This document shows, in pieces, positions 39,984-48,417 of a stretch of 64,000 bases of DNA. The position numbers and the translations under genes are program-made. Source of the DNA: Giardia intestinalis (taxonomy: Eukaryota); assembly GCA_000002435.2 (NCBI GenBank), contig CM018793.1, one strand, 5' to 3'. The number at the start of each line of letters is the position of its first letter. Position 1 is the first letter of the stretch. Under the pieces are notes generated by a model. The model was not told the origin of the DNA. It did no database searches and worked only from the letters and a program-made list of their open reading frames with translations.

Positions 39984-40307
39984 ATGTGTCCAGATTCGCT
40001 TGGCGAGCCCAATCCCCGAGAGCAGTATACGAATAGGCTAGAACTAGATGTTTCTATTGCACAAAATGAGCTGGAGATGATGCGGTTTGGGCTGCAGCGA
40101 CTAGAAGAAAGTCGACGTGCAAAGATTGAAAAGCTGGCAGAGTTGCGCAACTATTATCAGTCACTCAAGCAAGAAAGTGCCATAAGGACCGCTGCAGCAA
40201 AGGAGAGGCAATATCCACTACTCTGGCTGTGCACGGGATTGTCTGTCGGCGTCCTCTTTCTGCTGGGCAAAGCACTCCTGCTTAATACATATCATTCCTC
40301 TTGCTAA
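39984..40307 (+). CDS. Small tail-anchored coiled-coil protein, 107 aa (possibly SNARE-like or a membrane trafficking component).
   Basis: ATG at 39984 is preceded by CCAAAAAATAGTGGCGATACC. A coiled-coil segment comes first, then a C-terminal TM (LLWLCTGLSVGVLFLLGKALLL). Confidence 0.3.
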   Translation: MCPDSLGEPNPREQYTNRLELDVSIAQNELEMMRFGLQRLEESRRAKIEKLAELRNYYQSLKQESAIRTAAAKERQYPLLWLCTGLSVGVLFLLGKALLLNTYHSSC

Positions 40308-40505
40308 TCTCCTCCTTTATACTCCAAGATTGTGTAGAGCTGGTAAATCGAATACCTTGTTCTAAGCTGCCCGACAAAACTTTTCACTGTTGTTTCATTT
40401 AGTTTTGAACTCACTGGAACGCTCAGAGTTTTTACGCAACAGGTAAGTAAACTCCCAGAGCCCACGGACAGAGATTAGCTTGCTACTGCATCATTCCACT
40501 CTTCT

Positions 40506-42143
40506 CTACGTGCGTGAACTAAGTCTTCCTCGAAAGACAGACTTGTCTCGACGTATACTAATAAAGATAATAATTGTACCGACAATCAGGACCCCGGTAA
40601 ATGTCAAGGGAGTCCCATACGACTTGCCATTATTTAGACGAACAAGATCACTAACAAACCCCGCGAGAGGAGGCAGAGCAAACTGATAGACATTAAGAAA
40701 ACTCTCCGAAATGGCATAGGCAGTGTTGATTTGAGAGCTGCTCACAACCTTGCTGAAGAGGCTCTTGAGGAAGGCCGAGCTACCACCGTCTGCAATCCCA
40801 ATGATCGCCATCGGAATCAGATTGTACCACGCCGGGAGGACCATGATGAGGACAAATGCCACAGTAATGCTGATGTACGTAATGCACCCCAGAAAGGGCC
40901 GCCTGCCGACTGCGCCAGCAAGGATTCCACAAAGTGGCCCAAAAATGACGGCAAAGAGGGTCCGCATGACACCAAAGTACTCCGCAGTATGGCTAGTGAT
41001 CTCCTCATGTTGCACTTGAATGAAGGTGAGAAGAAGAGTCTGACAGCTCTCACAAACGGCAAGGAGGATGCTGAAGCTGAAGTTAATTAGCCAGAAGTCC
41101 GGGGGCAGGCTGACCAGCTGTTTCAGAAAGAATGTCTGAGAGGAGCGATTCGGCCTTGCAGGTAGTCGTGGAAGGATTGTAGTATTGATGTACACCGGAA
41201 GCGTGGGCACGAACGCTGTGTGTTTGAAGTATTCTTCCCGGGCCACCCGTGCTCGCTTGTCAATCCTCACCAATGGCAGACTGCACGCGGAAAAGATGAC
41301 TAGGGATAATACGGCAATGACAACAGATAGCCAGTATGAGAGTATTATTCTCTTCTCTAACCTAAGGTACTCTACTTGAGCCATGGGCTCTGGTCCCTCC
41401 AAGACAGATAAGTTTATGTCGCTGAAGAGGGGAGGAATCGTGCCAAAGCAAAGCAAGGCAGCTGCGGTAGAGATGCTCATGCACAGGCCGAACCCAAAGG
41501 ACTCTAGGTGGATTGGCATATACTTGGCTATCAGAGAGGCCTGGACGATCCACGATGATTCAGAGAAAAGACCAAACAAGACACGGGTGACAAGTAGCCA
41601 GCTAAAAGACGCCTGCACAAAGGGAATAAGGATGGAGACAGCTACAAACCAAATGCAGCAAAAGATCCCTACTGCTACGGGTCCGTATTTGTCTATTAGA
41701 GGGGCTACTAAAATAGTAATGACTAATGAGGGAAGGAAAGGCACAGAGGTCAGCCATCCCATTGCAGAATCTGTGATCCCCTTATAATAGTAGGGCAGAT
41801 ACGTGCTAAGAGGCACAAGAGCGTCATTAATGTACATGGAAGGAAAAGCGGCGAAGATCCCAGCGGTGAATACAAGGATGAGCTCACATTTATTGAGCAT
41901 AACACCAGGTGGGAGCGATGGCCGTGAAGGACGGCAGTACGCCCTACCGGAGTAAAACATCGTCGAGTGCATGGAGAACCGTCGGTCCAATAGGCGCTCG
42001 CGAGGAGAGCCGATGTGCTTCGGAGATAGCGCATTGCGGGTGCCCACCCGCAAGCGTTGGAAATCCTCAGGAAGAAGAGGCTCCACCTCGCTACCCTTGC
42101 AAAACCTGGCGAGTTTCACACGTGCGCCATACGCACTCCGCAT
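40506..42143 (-). CDS. Major facilitator superfamily transporter (12 TM).
   Basis: ATG at 42143. Two groups of six hydrophobic segments are separated by a central loop. The true start could be one of the internal Mets (MHSTMFY or MLNKCEL). Confidence 0.7.
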   Translation of the reverse strand: MRSAYGARVKLARFCKGSEVEPLLPEDFQRLRVGTRNALSPKHIGSPRERLLDRRFSMHSTMFYSGRAYCRPSRPSLPPGVMLNKCELILVFTAGIFAAFPSMYINDALVPLSTYLPYYYKGITDSAMGWLTSVPFLPSLVITILVAPLIDKYGPVAVGIFCCIWFVAVSILIPFVQASFSWLLVTRVLFGLFSESSWIVQASLIAKYMPIHLESFGFGLCMSISTAAALLCFGTIPPLFSDINLSVLEGPEPMAQVEYLRLEKRIILSYWLSVVIAVLSLVIFSACSLPLVRIDKRARVAREEYFKHTAFVPTLPVYINTTILPRLPARPNRSSQTFFLKQLVSLPPDFWLINFSFSILLAVCESCQTLLLTFIQVQHEEITSHTAEYFGVMRTLFAVIFGPLCGILAGAVGRRPFLGCITYISITVAFVLIMVLPAWYNLIPMAIIGIADGGSSAFLKSLFSKVVSSSQINTAYAISESFLNVYQFALPPLAGFVSDLVRLNNGKSYGTPLTFTGVLIVGTIIIFISIRRDKSVFRGRLSSRT

Positions 42144-42201
42144 CTGCTATGTTCTACGCGGTGAAAGGGAAGCAAGAGAGTATTTACTAACACCAGGGTG
42201 C

Positions 42202-42609
42202 TCAGACCTTTACAGCATACTTCAGCTTCGGGAACTGGAGCTTGCGCTTCATGAGCTTGCTTGGCAGGAGGCGCTTTTGCTTCTCTGTCAGTTGGCAGCG
42301 CATGGCATGTGTCAGTCTTGGACGAAATGTCTTTGGAATGTGCTCCGCGCCCTCGAACGCGGCGCGCGCCTCGTCTCTTGCCTTTTGATTAATGACGGTG
42401 AGGACGCGAGCGACGTCCTTCTTGCAGACACGGAAACGGGCAATGCGCTCCGGGACTGGGCCTGCAGTGGCCTTCATTGTGCGGAGGCTTAGCAGCTCGC
42501 GCTTGAGATCTGCCAACTTGCGCTGAAGGTCCTCCTGGGAGAGGCCGACGAGATCTTTTGCTTTAAGTCCGGGCATCGCGGGCCCCCGATCTTTTTCGCT
42601 AGATTTCAT
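42202..42609 (-). CDS. RPL35: Ribosomal protein L35 (uL29).
   Basis: MPGLKAKDLVGLSQEDLQRKLADLKRELLSLRTMKATAGPVPERIARFRVCKKDVARVLTVINQ ... KYAVKV matches RPL35 ([39 protein letters not shown]...LRKYAVKA). I chose the start at 42609, which has TATTTTAAAAATG, over the alternative ATG at 42576. Confidence 0.85.
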   Translation of the reverse strand: MKSSEKDRGPAMPGLKAKDLVGLSQEDLQRKLADLKRELLSLRTMKATAGPVPERIARFRVCKKDVARVLTVINQKARDEARAAFEGAEHIPKTFRPRLTHAMRCQLTEKQKRLLPSKLMKRKLQFPKLKYAVKV

Positions 42610-42653
42610 TTTAAAATACATTGAATAACATCTATCTGGTAGGGGCAAACAGG

Positions 42654-43145
42654 ATGCCATGGCAAGTTGACTCTTCGGTGTGCGAGACGCTACAAAGAGC
42701 CAGGGGTATATGCCAGATGGTTACTCAGGCTTATCTTGCACGCCAAGCATGGTTCAGTGATGGATCCTGTGCAAACAAGAAGCAAGCTTTGTCACCAGAA
42801 CTGCGCTTGTCGGGAAGGCAGATCAAAAAGCGCGTGCTGGATAGCACAATATGCATCCAACGTGCGTGGCGGCAGCGATTACGTACCGAAGCCCGTCTGA
42901 AGCATCGCGAAAGCTGCCGGATTGCTGCGGCCTTGGGGGGTTCAGCAGGCTACCTTTACATAGGAGGTCTTGCAGGCCCGAGATCTCTGGCTGCAGACAT
43001 CGTAGAGAAGCTGAGTAGGGATGGTAAGTATTCATCATCAGCCGCTGCCGCTGCTTTTGCGCGTCGCTGGAAGCTCCTCCGAGCATTTTTCGCACTCAAG
43101 CGGGCCCGATTCTATGCACCCCGCGAAGGTCGTAGGCGCAGCTAG
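42654..43145 (+). CDS. Hypothetical protein with an IQ-like motif (ICIQRAWRQRLR), 163 aa.
   Basis: The first ATG lies in a TTG-initiated listed ORF. The ORF fills an otherwise 550-bp gap between RPL35 and RPS17. Coding status is uncertain. Confidence 0.25.
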   Translation: MPWQVDSSVCETLQRARGICQMVTQAYLARQAWFSDGSCANKKQALSPELRLSGRQIKKRVLDSTICIQRAWRQRLRTEARLKHRESCRIAAALGGSAGYLYIGGLAGPRSLAADIVEKLSRDGKYSSSAAAAAFARRWKLLRAFFALKRARFYAPREGRRRS

Positions 43146-43154
43146 AAGACGATC

Positions 43155-43161
43155 ATTTACT
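43155..43161 (-). promoter_or_regulatory. AGTAAAT poly(A) signal overlapping the RPS17 stop codon.
   Basis: Minus-strand GAGTAAATGA. The TAA stop is embedded in the AGTRAAY motif, which is typical for Giardia. Confidence 0.5.
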
Positions 43162-43570
43162 CCCGGGTGTCCCTGGCCCTCTTTCTCATCGTTGGGTCGA
43201 TGACCTTCAGAGAGGTGGACATGCATTTGAAGCCAATCGAGTCTATCATCTGCTGCGTTGCCCCAGAGACGGTGATGTTCTCTACATCAAACTCAGACTT
43301 CTTTGGGGCATAGTTGTCCCTACGCTCGCGCTCCTCCTCCTGGAGCCTCAGAGAGATGCCGTGGACGGGTCCCTTAACGACGCGATTCATGAGCGTTGTG
43401 ACATAGCCAGCAACCTTATTCCTCAGGCGCTTGGATGGTATTATAGCTACGTTCCTCTTCGAGCAAATAGCCTTGTTGTTCTGGAAATCCTTGGGTTTCA
43501 GTGATTCGTAATTGTTCTCAACAATCTTGCGCGCAGCACGCTTGATTGTCTTGGTCCTGACTTTGCCCAT
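43157..43570 (-). CDS. RPS17: Ribosomal protein S17e.
   Basis: [21 protein letters not shown]...[48 protein letters not shown] is near-identical in pattern to RPS17 ([21 protein letters not shown]...[48 protein letters not shown]). The stop lies inside an AGTAAAT motif. Confidence 0.9.
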   Translation of the reverse strand: [137 protein letters not shown]

Positions 43571-43676
43571 CTCGCGGCGAGGCCACTTTTACTGTAAAAA
43601 GTCAATTTAAAATGGTTTATTATTTAAGCGTGCCCGCGGGCCGGTTTTTGGCAATTTTTACGCAACCAAATTCGGC

Positions 43677-45713
43677 ATGAACAACCAGACGGACCGTCAA
43701 AAGCGAATTGCCGAACGCAGGAAGAACATTCGTGCAAAGTTAGCAGAGCTAACACAAGACATGGATCTAACCGGGGAGAACGCAGGGGTGGTGATTTCGT
43801 CATCGGTTGACCAAATAGCAGTATCAAACGCAGAGAAAGTTGTGTATGACACACTAGCGGGGTTTAGGGACAAGACTAGCGGTTTCATGGCCCACGTCGA
43901 TGGCCTACGGACACGAGCTGACAAAGAAGCCTTAGTAATCTTTAACACAGACAAAGAGAGCGCCCTTATCAGGCGGCAGACGCTTGCCAATGAAAAGACG
44001 GCTTGCAATAAGATTGATGCCTCTTTCAGTATGCGGTGGTCGACACTCATGGAAAAGGATACCCCAGAGGAGCTTGCAGCTGGAATTCTAGAGCTTCGTC
44101 GATACACGTTGGAAATGTTGGAGTCCAAAGATAGAGTGGTGAGCGCATTCGAGGAGTATCTAGCCACAGTGGATGAGGATTATATCCGTCTAATTCGAGA
44201 ACAATCGAAAGAGATTGATGAAGTCATTACGTATATGCGAAAGGTACTGGGAGAACTAAAGAATTACTCCCTCGCCAAAATAAAGGAGTGCGAAGACGCA
44301 TTCAACGAAGATCGTGCTGCTTTTATTAAAGAACGCGAGGCAGGACTCGACAAGCTGCGCGACGAGATAACTGCAATAGAAAATGCGTCTCTTGATGCGC
44401 GCACTAAATTGGCAGAGGAATATAACGACAACGTGGCCTTACAGGTTCTGCAGGACTACGAGGAATATACCTCTCTAAAACGGCGCTTAGAGGCAGAGGG
44501 CGTTGCTCTTCGGCAGCAGCTAGAAGAGATGCGCTCTGTCTATCAATTGAACACAGACAAGCTGGAATATAACTACCGCTTGCTTGCTGCAAGGGACGTA
44601 GAGAGCCAGAATCTCATGGTCCAGCAAAAGAAAAAGATCTCAAAGCTTCAAAATCAGCTTACCGCCCTCATTGCGCGGCACACAACCATAGATAGTCAAC
44701 TCAGGGAGGAGAATCTAGAGCTATCAACATCTTACAAGCGAATGTCCAACTTATATTGCGACCTCCAGGCCAAGTTCAAGTTGTTTGAACGAGTAGACAC
44801 CCAAAAGTTTCGTGAACTCTGGGCATACCATGAGCGTCGCATAGCCGAGTCCCTCAGGGACCTTCTGTTAGCAGAGCAGATCATCAACGAGTCTGTGCTC
44901 TGTGTTGAGGCCAAGAAAGGGATTAATGAAAGCTCAATAGAGTATTCTGTGATGGTGATGCTTAAGAAGTTACAGCATGCAGCTGGAGTCGCTGAGTATG
45001 ACGACACCATGACCGTTACCAAGGAAAATTCAATCCTGGATATTACCCGCTCAATTGATCCCATTGCATCGTGCGCCTTGGGGCCTGTTGCAGCCTCGCG
45101 ACTTCTGACAGAGCTAGCGGCTGAAGCAAGCTTCCTTGCAAGTGATGACCTCTTAAAGATTATGGCACCAGGCGAGGAACTGACACCCAAGATGCGTACC
45201 GATGCACTCCTCTCCACCTTGGGAATACGAAATGCAAGTGAGCTTGACTTGTTGTTCACACACGTTACTGTTAACGGAAAGGGATTTGAACTATTGCCAC
45301 GAGACAAGATCGTGAACTCTCTGCGTGCATTTGCAGCTGAGGTGGTTGTTAAACGAGAGGCTGGGCGGCAAGGTGAGACCACTACAGCAGGAAGCTCAAA
45401 GAAGGGCGGCATCTGGAGCAACGCGTCCCTCAAGACCTTCTGGAGAGAGCTCGCCAACCTTATATCTCCGGAGAAACAGGTCCTTTGGAAAGCTTTGGAC
45501 GACTCCCTGATTCAGTACAAAGAGATCCTGCAGGCCCGGACAGACCTAGTGACGCATAATGATCAGCTAGCAGCTCAGAATGAAGAGTTGCGGAACCTCC
45601 TTCAACAATACATCTCTCAGGAGCGGCAAGCACTGAGTGTGGGCGGAACGATGGTTGTTCCTGAGACAAACAACACACAATTTGTCGGTAACGCTCAGCC
45701 AGCGCATGCTTGA
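43677..45713 (+). CDS. DRC1: Dynein regulatory complex subunit 1 (DRC1/CCDC164; NYD-SP28 family), a component of the axonemal nexin-DRC.
   Basis: The N-terminal RQKRIAERRKNIRAKLAEL parallels DRC1 QERIQARRLRIAARLEARR. The central YQLNTDKLEYNYRLLAARDVESQNLMVQQKKKISKLQNQLTALIARHTTIDSQLREENLELSTSYKRM...FRELWAYHERRIAESL parallels human [68 protein letters not shown]...FWEIWLMNEEEAKDL. The C-terminal KQVLWKALDDSLIQYKEILQARTDLVTHNDQLAAQNEELRNLLQQY parallels [46 protein letters not shown]. Confidence 0.8.
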   Translation: MNNQTDRQKRIAERRKNIRAKLAELTQDMDLTGENAGVVISSSVDQIAVSNAEKVVYDTLAGFRDKTSGFMAHVDGLRTRADKEALVIFNTDKESALIRRQTLANEKTACNKIDASFSMRWSTLMEKDTPEELAAGILELRRYTLEMLESKDRVVSAFEEYLATVDEDYIRLIREQSKEIDEVITYMRKVLGELKNYSLAKIKECEDAFNEDRAAFIKEREAGLDKLRDEITAIENASLDARTKLAEEYNDNVALQVLQDYEEYTSLKRRLEAEGVALRQQLEEMRSVYQLNTDKLEYNYRLLAARDVESQNLMVQQKKKISKLQNQLTALIARHTTIDSQLREENLELSTSYKRMSNLYCDLQAKFKLFERVDTQKFRELWAYHERRIAESLRDLLLAEQIINESVLCVEAKKGINESSIEYSVMVMLKKLQHAAGVAEYDDTMTVTKENSILDITRSIDPIASCALGPVAASRLLTELAAEASFLASDDLLKIMAPGEELTPKMRTDALLSTLGIRNASELDLLFTHVTVNGKGFELLPRDKIVNSLRAFAAEVVVKREAGRQGETTTAGSSKKGGIWSNASLKTFWRELANLISPEKQVLWKALDDSLIQYKEILQARTDLVTHNDQLAAQNEELRNLLQQYISQERQALSVGGTMVVPETNNTQFVGNAQPAHA

Positions 45714-45754
45714 TGACTGTCTAAAGTGATGAGTAAATTATGATGCGAATAATG

Positions 45755-46243
45755 CTAGACGAAGTAGTCGACGGCAAATGACCACTTTCCGGTGACGTTA
45801 TCAAAGGAAATGAATCGGGCGCCCATTTCCAGGGTTCTCTGCTCTACCTGCGTCTGAAGGAAGGATTCTTGCGGCCCGGGCAGGAAAAACTCGATGCGGA
45901 GAAGTGTAATAATCGCGTGCTTATTGAGCTTAGTGCCCCGCGGCGGTGCATTACCATTGGGGTAGACCTCGCAGCCGCCCTTCTCCAGCACCAGATCCTT
46001 GGTAAAGTCCACGCCAGATATGTCAGTTTCACCAGACCAGCATATCATTCCGTACTCATTTGACACCATGAAGTTGTTAACACGTTGCAGCTCGGTAAGA
46101 GACAATTTGCGCAGAAGTTCTGCAGAGGGATTGTAGCGATATCTATTGTCGAGGATGGGCCTTCCAGTAGGCACGGCTCGTGGACTATACACGCATTCAG
46201 AATCCATTCGAGCGAAGATATTGCTAGTGGCTAGAGGGGCCAT
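45755..46243 (-). CDS. Stand-alone Nup98/Nup145N-type autoproteolytic (APD, Nucleoporin2) domain protein, 162 aa, with no FG-repeat region.
   Basis: NPSAELLRKLSLTELQRVNNFMVSNEYGMICWSGETDISGVDFTKDLVLEKGGCEVYPNG...LNKHAIITLLRI...MGARFISFDNVTGKWSFAVDYFV* follows the Nup98 APD consensus (...L.K....L..V..F.V.R.GYG.I.F.G..DL..LDLD.IV.I....V.VYPD...KPP.G.GLN.PA.ITL..V.P....YE..LK....GAEFVSYDP.TG.W.FKV.HF|S). The ORF terminates one residue after the Phe equivalent to the autocleavage P1 site. A stop lies in frame 2 codons upstream of the ATG, so this is a free-standing gene. Confidence 0.75.
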   Translation of the reverse strand: MAPLATSNIFARMDSECVYSPRAVPTGRPILDNRYRYNPSAELLRKLSLTELQRVNNFMVSNEYGMICWSGETDISGVDFTKDLVLEKGGCEVYPNGNAPPRGTKLNKHAIITLLRIEFFLPGPQESFLQTQVEQRTLEMGARFISFDNVTGKWSFAVDYFV

Positions 46244-46256
46244 CCGAGCTTAAAAA
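46244..46256. promoter_or_regulatory. A 13-bp spacer (ccgagcttaaaaa) shared by the divergent APD-only and FG-repeat genes.
   Basis: Both genes start at an ATG, and an in-frame TAA lies immediately upstream of the minus-strand ATG. Confidence 0.4.
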
Positions 46257-47957
46257 ATGTATGGACAACAGTCCAATGGAGCACAGGGCTTTGGCCTGAA
46301 TTTTTTCAACCAGGGACAACAACCTACGCAGCAGAACCCTTTTCAAAACACACAGGGGAACTCGCTAAGCTCGACTTTTGGGAACGCGTTCTCAACGTCT
46401 ACCACGAATCAATTTTTGGGCAACAAACTGAATACGGGCCAAGGCAACGTGTTTGGCCAACCGCAGAATCAATTCACTACATCTAGTAGTAACTTTCTTT
46501 CGACACCTCAGGTAGGGGGGTTTAACAGCTCAATGAACAAGCTTTCCACAGGACCCGGGCAATCGTCCTTTGGAGGGTTTGGAACATCTTTTGGACAAAC
46601 TTATACAGGCACTACACAGCAAAGCAATTCATTTGGGACATTGGGCAGCCAGACAACCTCAATGGGCACTGGGATGTTTAATCAGCAACAAAATAACTTA
46701 TTTAGTGGGCCAATGGTTAACAACCAAGGATCCATGGGGACCACCATGGGATTTGGAAATGCTGTGGGCCAAATTTCAAATCAGAATGGAAATACCTGCA
46801 TTTATAATACGGCCAGCAACACCAACGCCGATGTAGTGTGTATCCAAATTATCGATAAGACAGATTTTGTTTACGGGTTGATTGATGGTACCGTTGCCAT
46901 AGGATCCACAACTGCCCCACAGGCGCCTATTCAGCAATTCAAGCTGTCGAGCCCAATTCTTTCTTTGGCGGTCAATAATAACAAGGAGATCTTTACTGGG
47001 ACAATGAACGGCCTGTATGTAATTCAGCAGGGCAGCCAGCCCGTGCAAATTGGCACCTATAGTGGCCCAGTCTTCCAGATAGCTACAATTGGCAAGTACA
47101 TCTTTCATAGTGAGATGGTGCTTACCCAGGCTGGGCCGAAGCGTACGATCCAGCAGAGCAAGAACTCCTGGAGTGCCCACGTGAATACCGGCAACCAAGA
47201 GAACCTCCCTATAGCGTATACGATTAAGGTAGGAATGTACGATGGAACTTACAAGCCGGAGCTAGATGTCGCTGAGGCAGCGTGTAGCGGGCACTTCTTC
47301 TTGGTGTCCACTGGAGCGACCACTGGAGGATCGCTTAGCTGCGTACTTATGGTCCCGAACATTAACAATGAGAGGCCGTTTATCGTCTACAATATTAAGC
47401 AGGGAGGAGTAGGCATAAGTTCAAGAATGAGCATTGCTGAAGATACATCCATTAGTGTGAAGCTCAGTACTATTGCTGGAAATAAGCGCCTAAGTTCTGG
47501 AGTAATTGGGTGTGGCTACGATAGAGTAGGGCTTAAGGCCATGGTAGTTACTAATGACAGATGCATGCTGGTGTATGACCTTAACAACAAACTGGTCAAT
47601 CAGAAACAGCTTCAATTCCCGATCTTACATGCATGTTATTCAGATCATCACAGGACGTTTCTTTTCACCGCTGGAACTGAAATAGCATACTATCAAACGG
47701 TTGGAAACAACACTGGCGAGTGGGGCAAGATCCCGGGTACGTCTTTTGGAGAGATATGCAGCTTCAGTATCGATGATCAGAAACTTGCTATAGCCGTCGG
47801 CAGCGCCAGTGCATTGTATCAAGGGACGCCGAGTCAAGGGGCGTCAGGTCAAGTCCGGGTCTCCATTGCTCTTGTGAACCTTCCGTCAGTTCGTCAGGGA
47901 GTATACCCCAACACTTATCATCTGATAAGCAACAAGACTCCTACCAATGTCATTTAA
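46257..47957 (+). CDS. FG-repeat protein (candidate FG-nucleoporin): an N-terminal ~190-aa Q/N/G-rich region with repeated FG and GFG motifs, then a ~370-aa beta-rich (propeller-like) domain.
   Basis: ATG at 46257 is preceded by CTTAAAAAATG. FG motifs include GFGLNFF, STFGNAFS, NVFGQP, SSFGGFGTSFGQ, NSFGTLG and GFGNAVGQ. The gene lies 13 bp from, and divergent to, the APD-only gene. Confidence 0.65.
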   Translation: MYGQQSNGAQGFGLNFFNQGQQPTQQNPFQNTQGNSLSSTFGNAFSTSTTNQFLGNKLNTGQGNVFGQPQNQFTTSSSNFLSTPQVGGFNSSMNKLSTGPGQSSFGGFGTSFGQTYTGTTQQSNSFGTLGSQTTSMGTGMFNQQQNNLFSGPMVNNQGSMGTTMGFGNAVGQISNQNGNTCIYNTASNTNADVVCIQIIDKTDFVYGLIDGTVAIGSTTAPQAPIQQFKLSSPILSLAVNNNKEIFTGTMNGLYVIQQGSQPVQIGTYSGPVFQIATIGKYIFHSEMVLTQAGPKRTIQQSKNSWSAHVNTGNQENLPIAYTIKVGMYDGTYKPELDVAEAACSGHFFLVSTGATTGGSLSCVLMVPNINNERPFIVYNIKQGGVGISSRMSIAEDTSISVKLSTIAGNKRLSSGVIGCGYDRVGLKAMVVTNDRCMLVYDLNNKLVNQKQLQFPILHACYSDHHRTFLFTAGTEIAYYQTVGNNTGEWGKIPGTSFGEICSFSIDDQKLAIAVGSASALYQGTPSQGASGQVRVSIALVNLPSVRQGVYPNTYHLISNKTPTNVI

Positions 47958-48417
47958 TCTCAGATACAGCAAGTTTGTGTGTAGTAAATCGGGGTCTGCC
48001 TCATTTCAGTTCCACGGTTTCATGCACAACAGGAGGATGAAAGGAACCATGAAGTAGAAGTAAACCTGCAGATACGCATGTACAGCAGGGTAGTATTCAT
48101 GGTTAGGCAGCTAGAGCACTGTCTCGAGACTAGTATTCTTCTACTTTTAACAGAACAACAGTGACCTACAGTGTTACATCAATTAAAGAGGTGGCCCCTG
48201 AGGAGAGGTAATCTGAAAGTCTATAATTTTCTTTTACCAGAAGTTCTTAGATTATAAAGTAAGATGGGATTGATTTGTTAGGTGGATACTCAGTACTAGG
48301 GCCACCGGTCCCAGTAAACTAATGCTACGGAACTTACTACCTGGTTCTACGGATAGAAAGCCTATCAATTATAAAGCTGATTGAAGTCAAGGCTTTACCA
48401 AAAATATCAGCAGCCTC

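Noticed and set aside
39956-40150. The long N-terminal part of the zf-HIT ORF as listed, and similar alternative-start ORF extensions elsewhere
   Set aside because: The listed first codon is TTG (reverse-strand caa). The same applies at 6709, 8688, 19426, 23773, 30131, 30242, 35080 and 42621. The ORF track accepts TTG/GTG/CTG starts, so I re-anchored each call to the first ATG with an A/T-rich upstream element.
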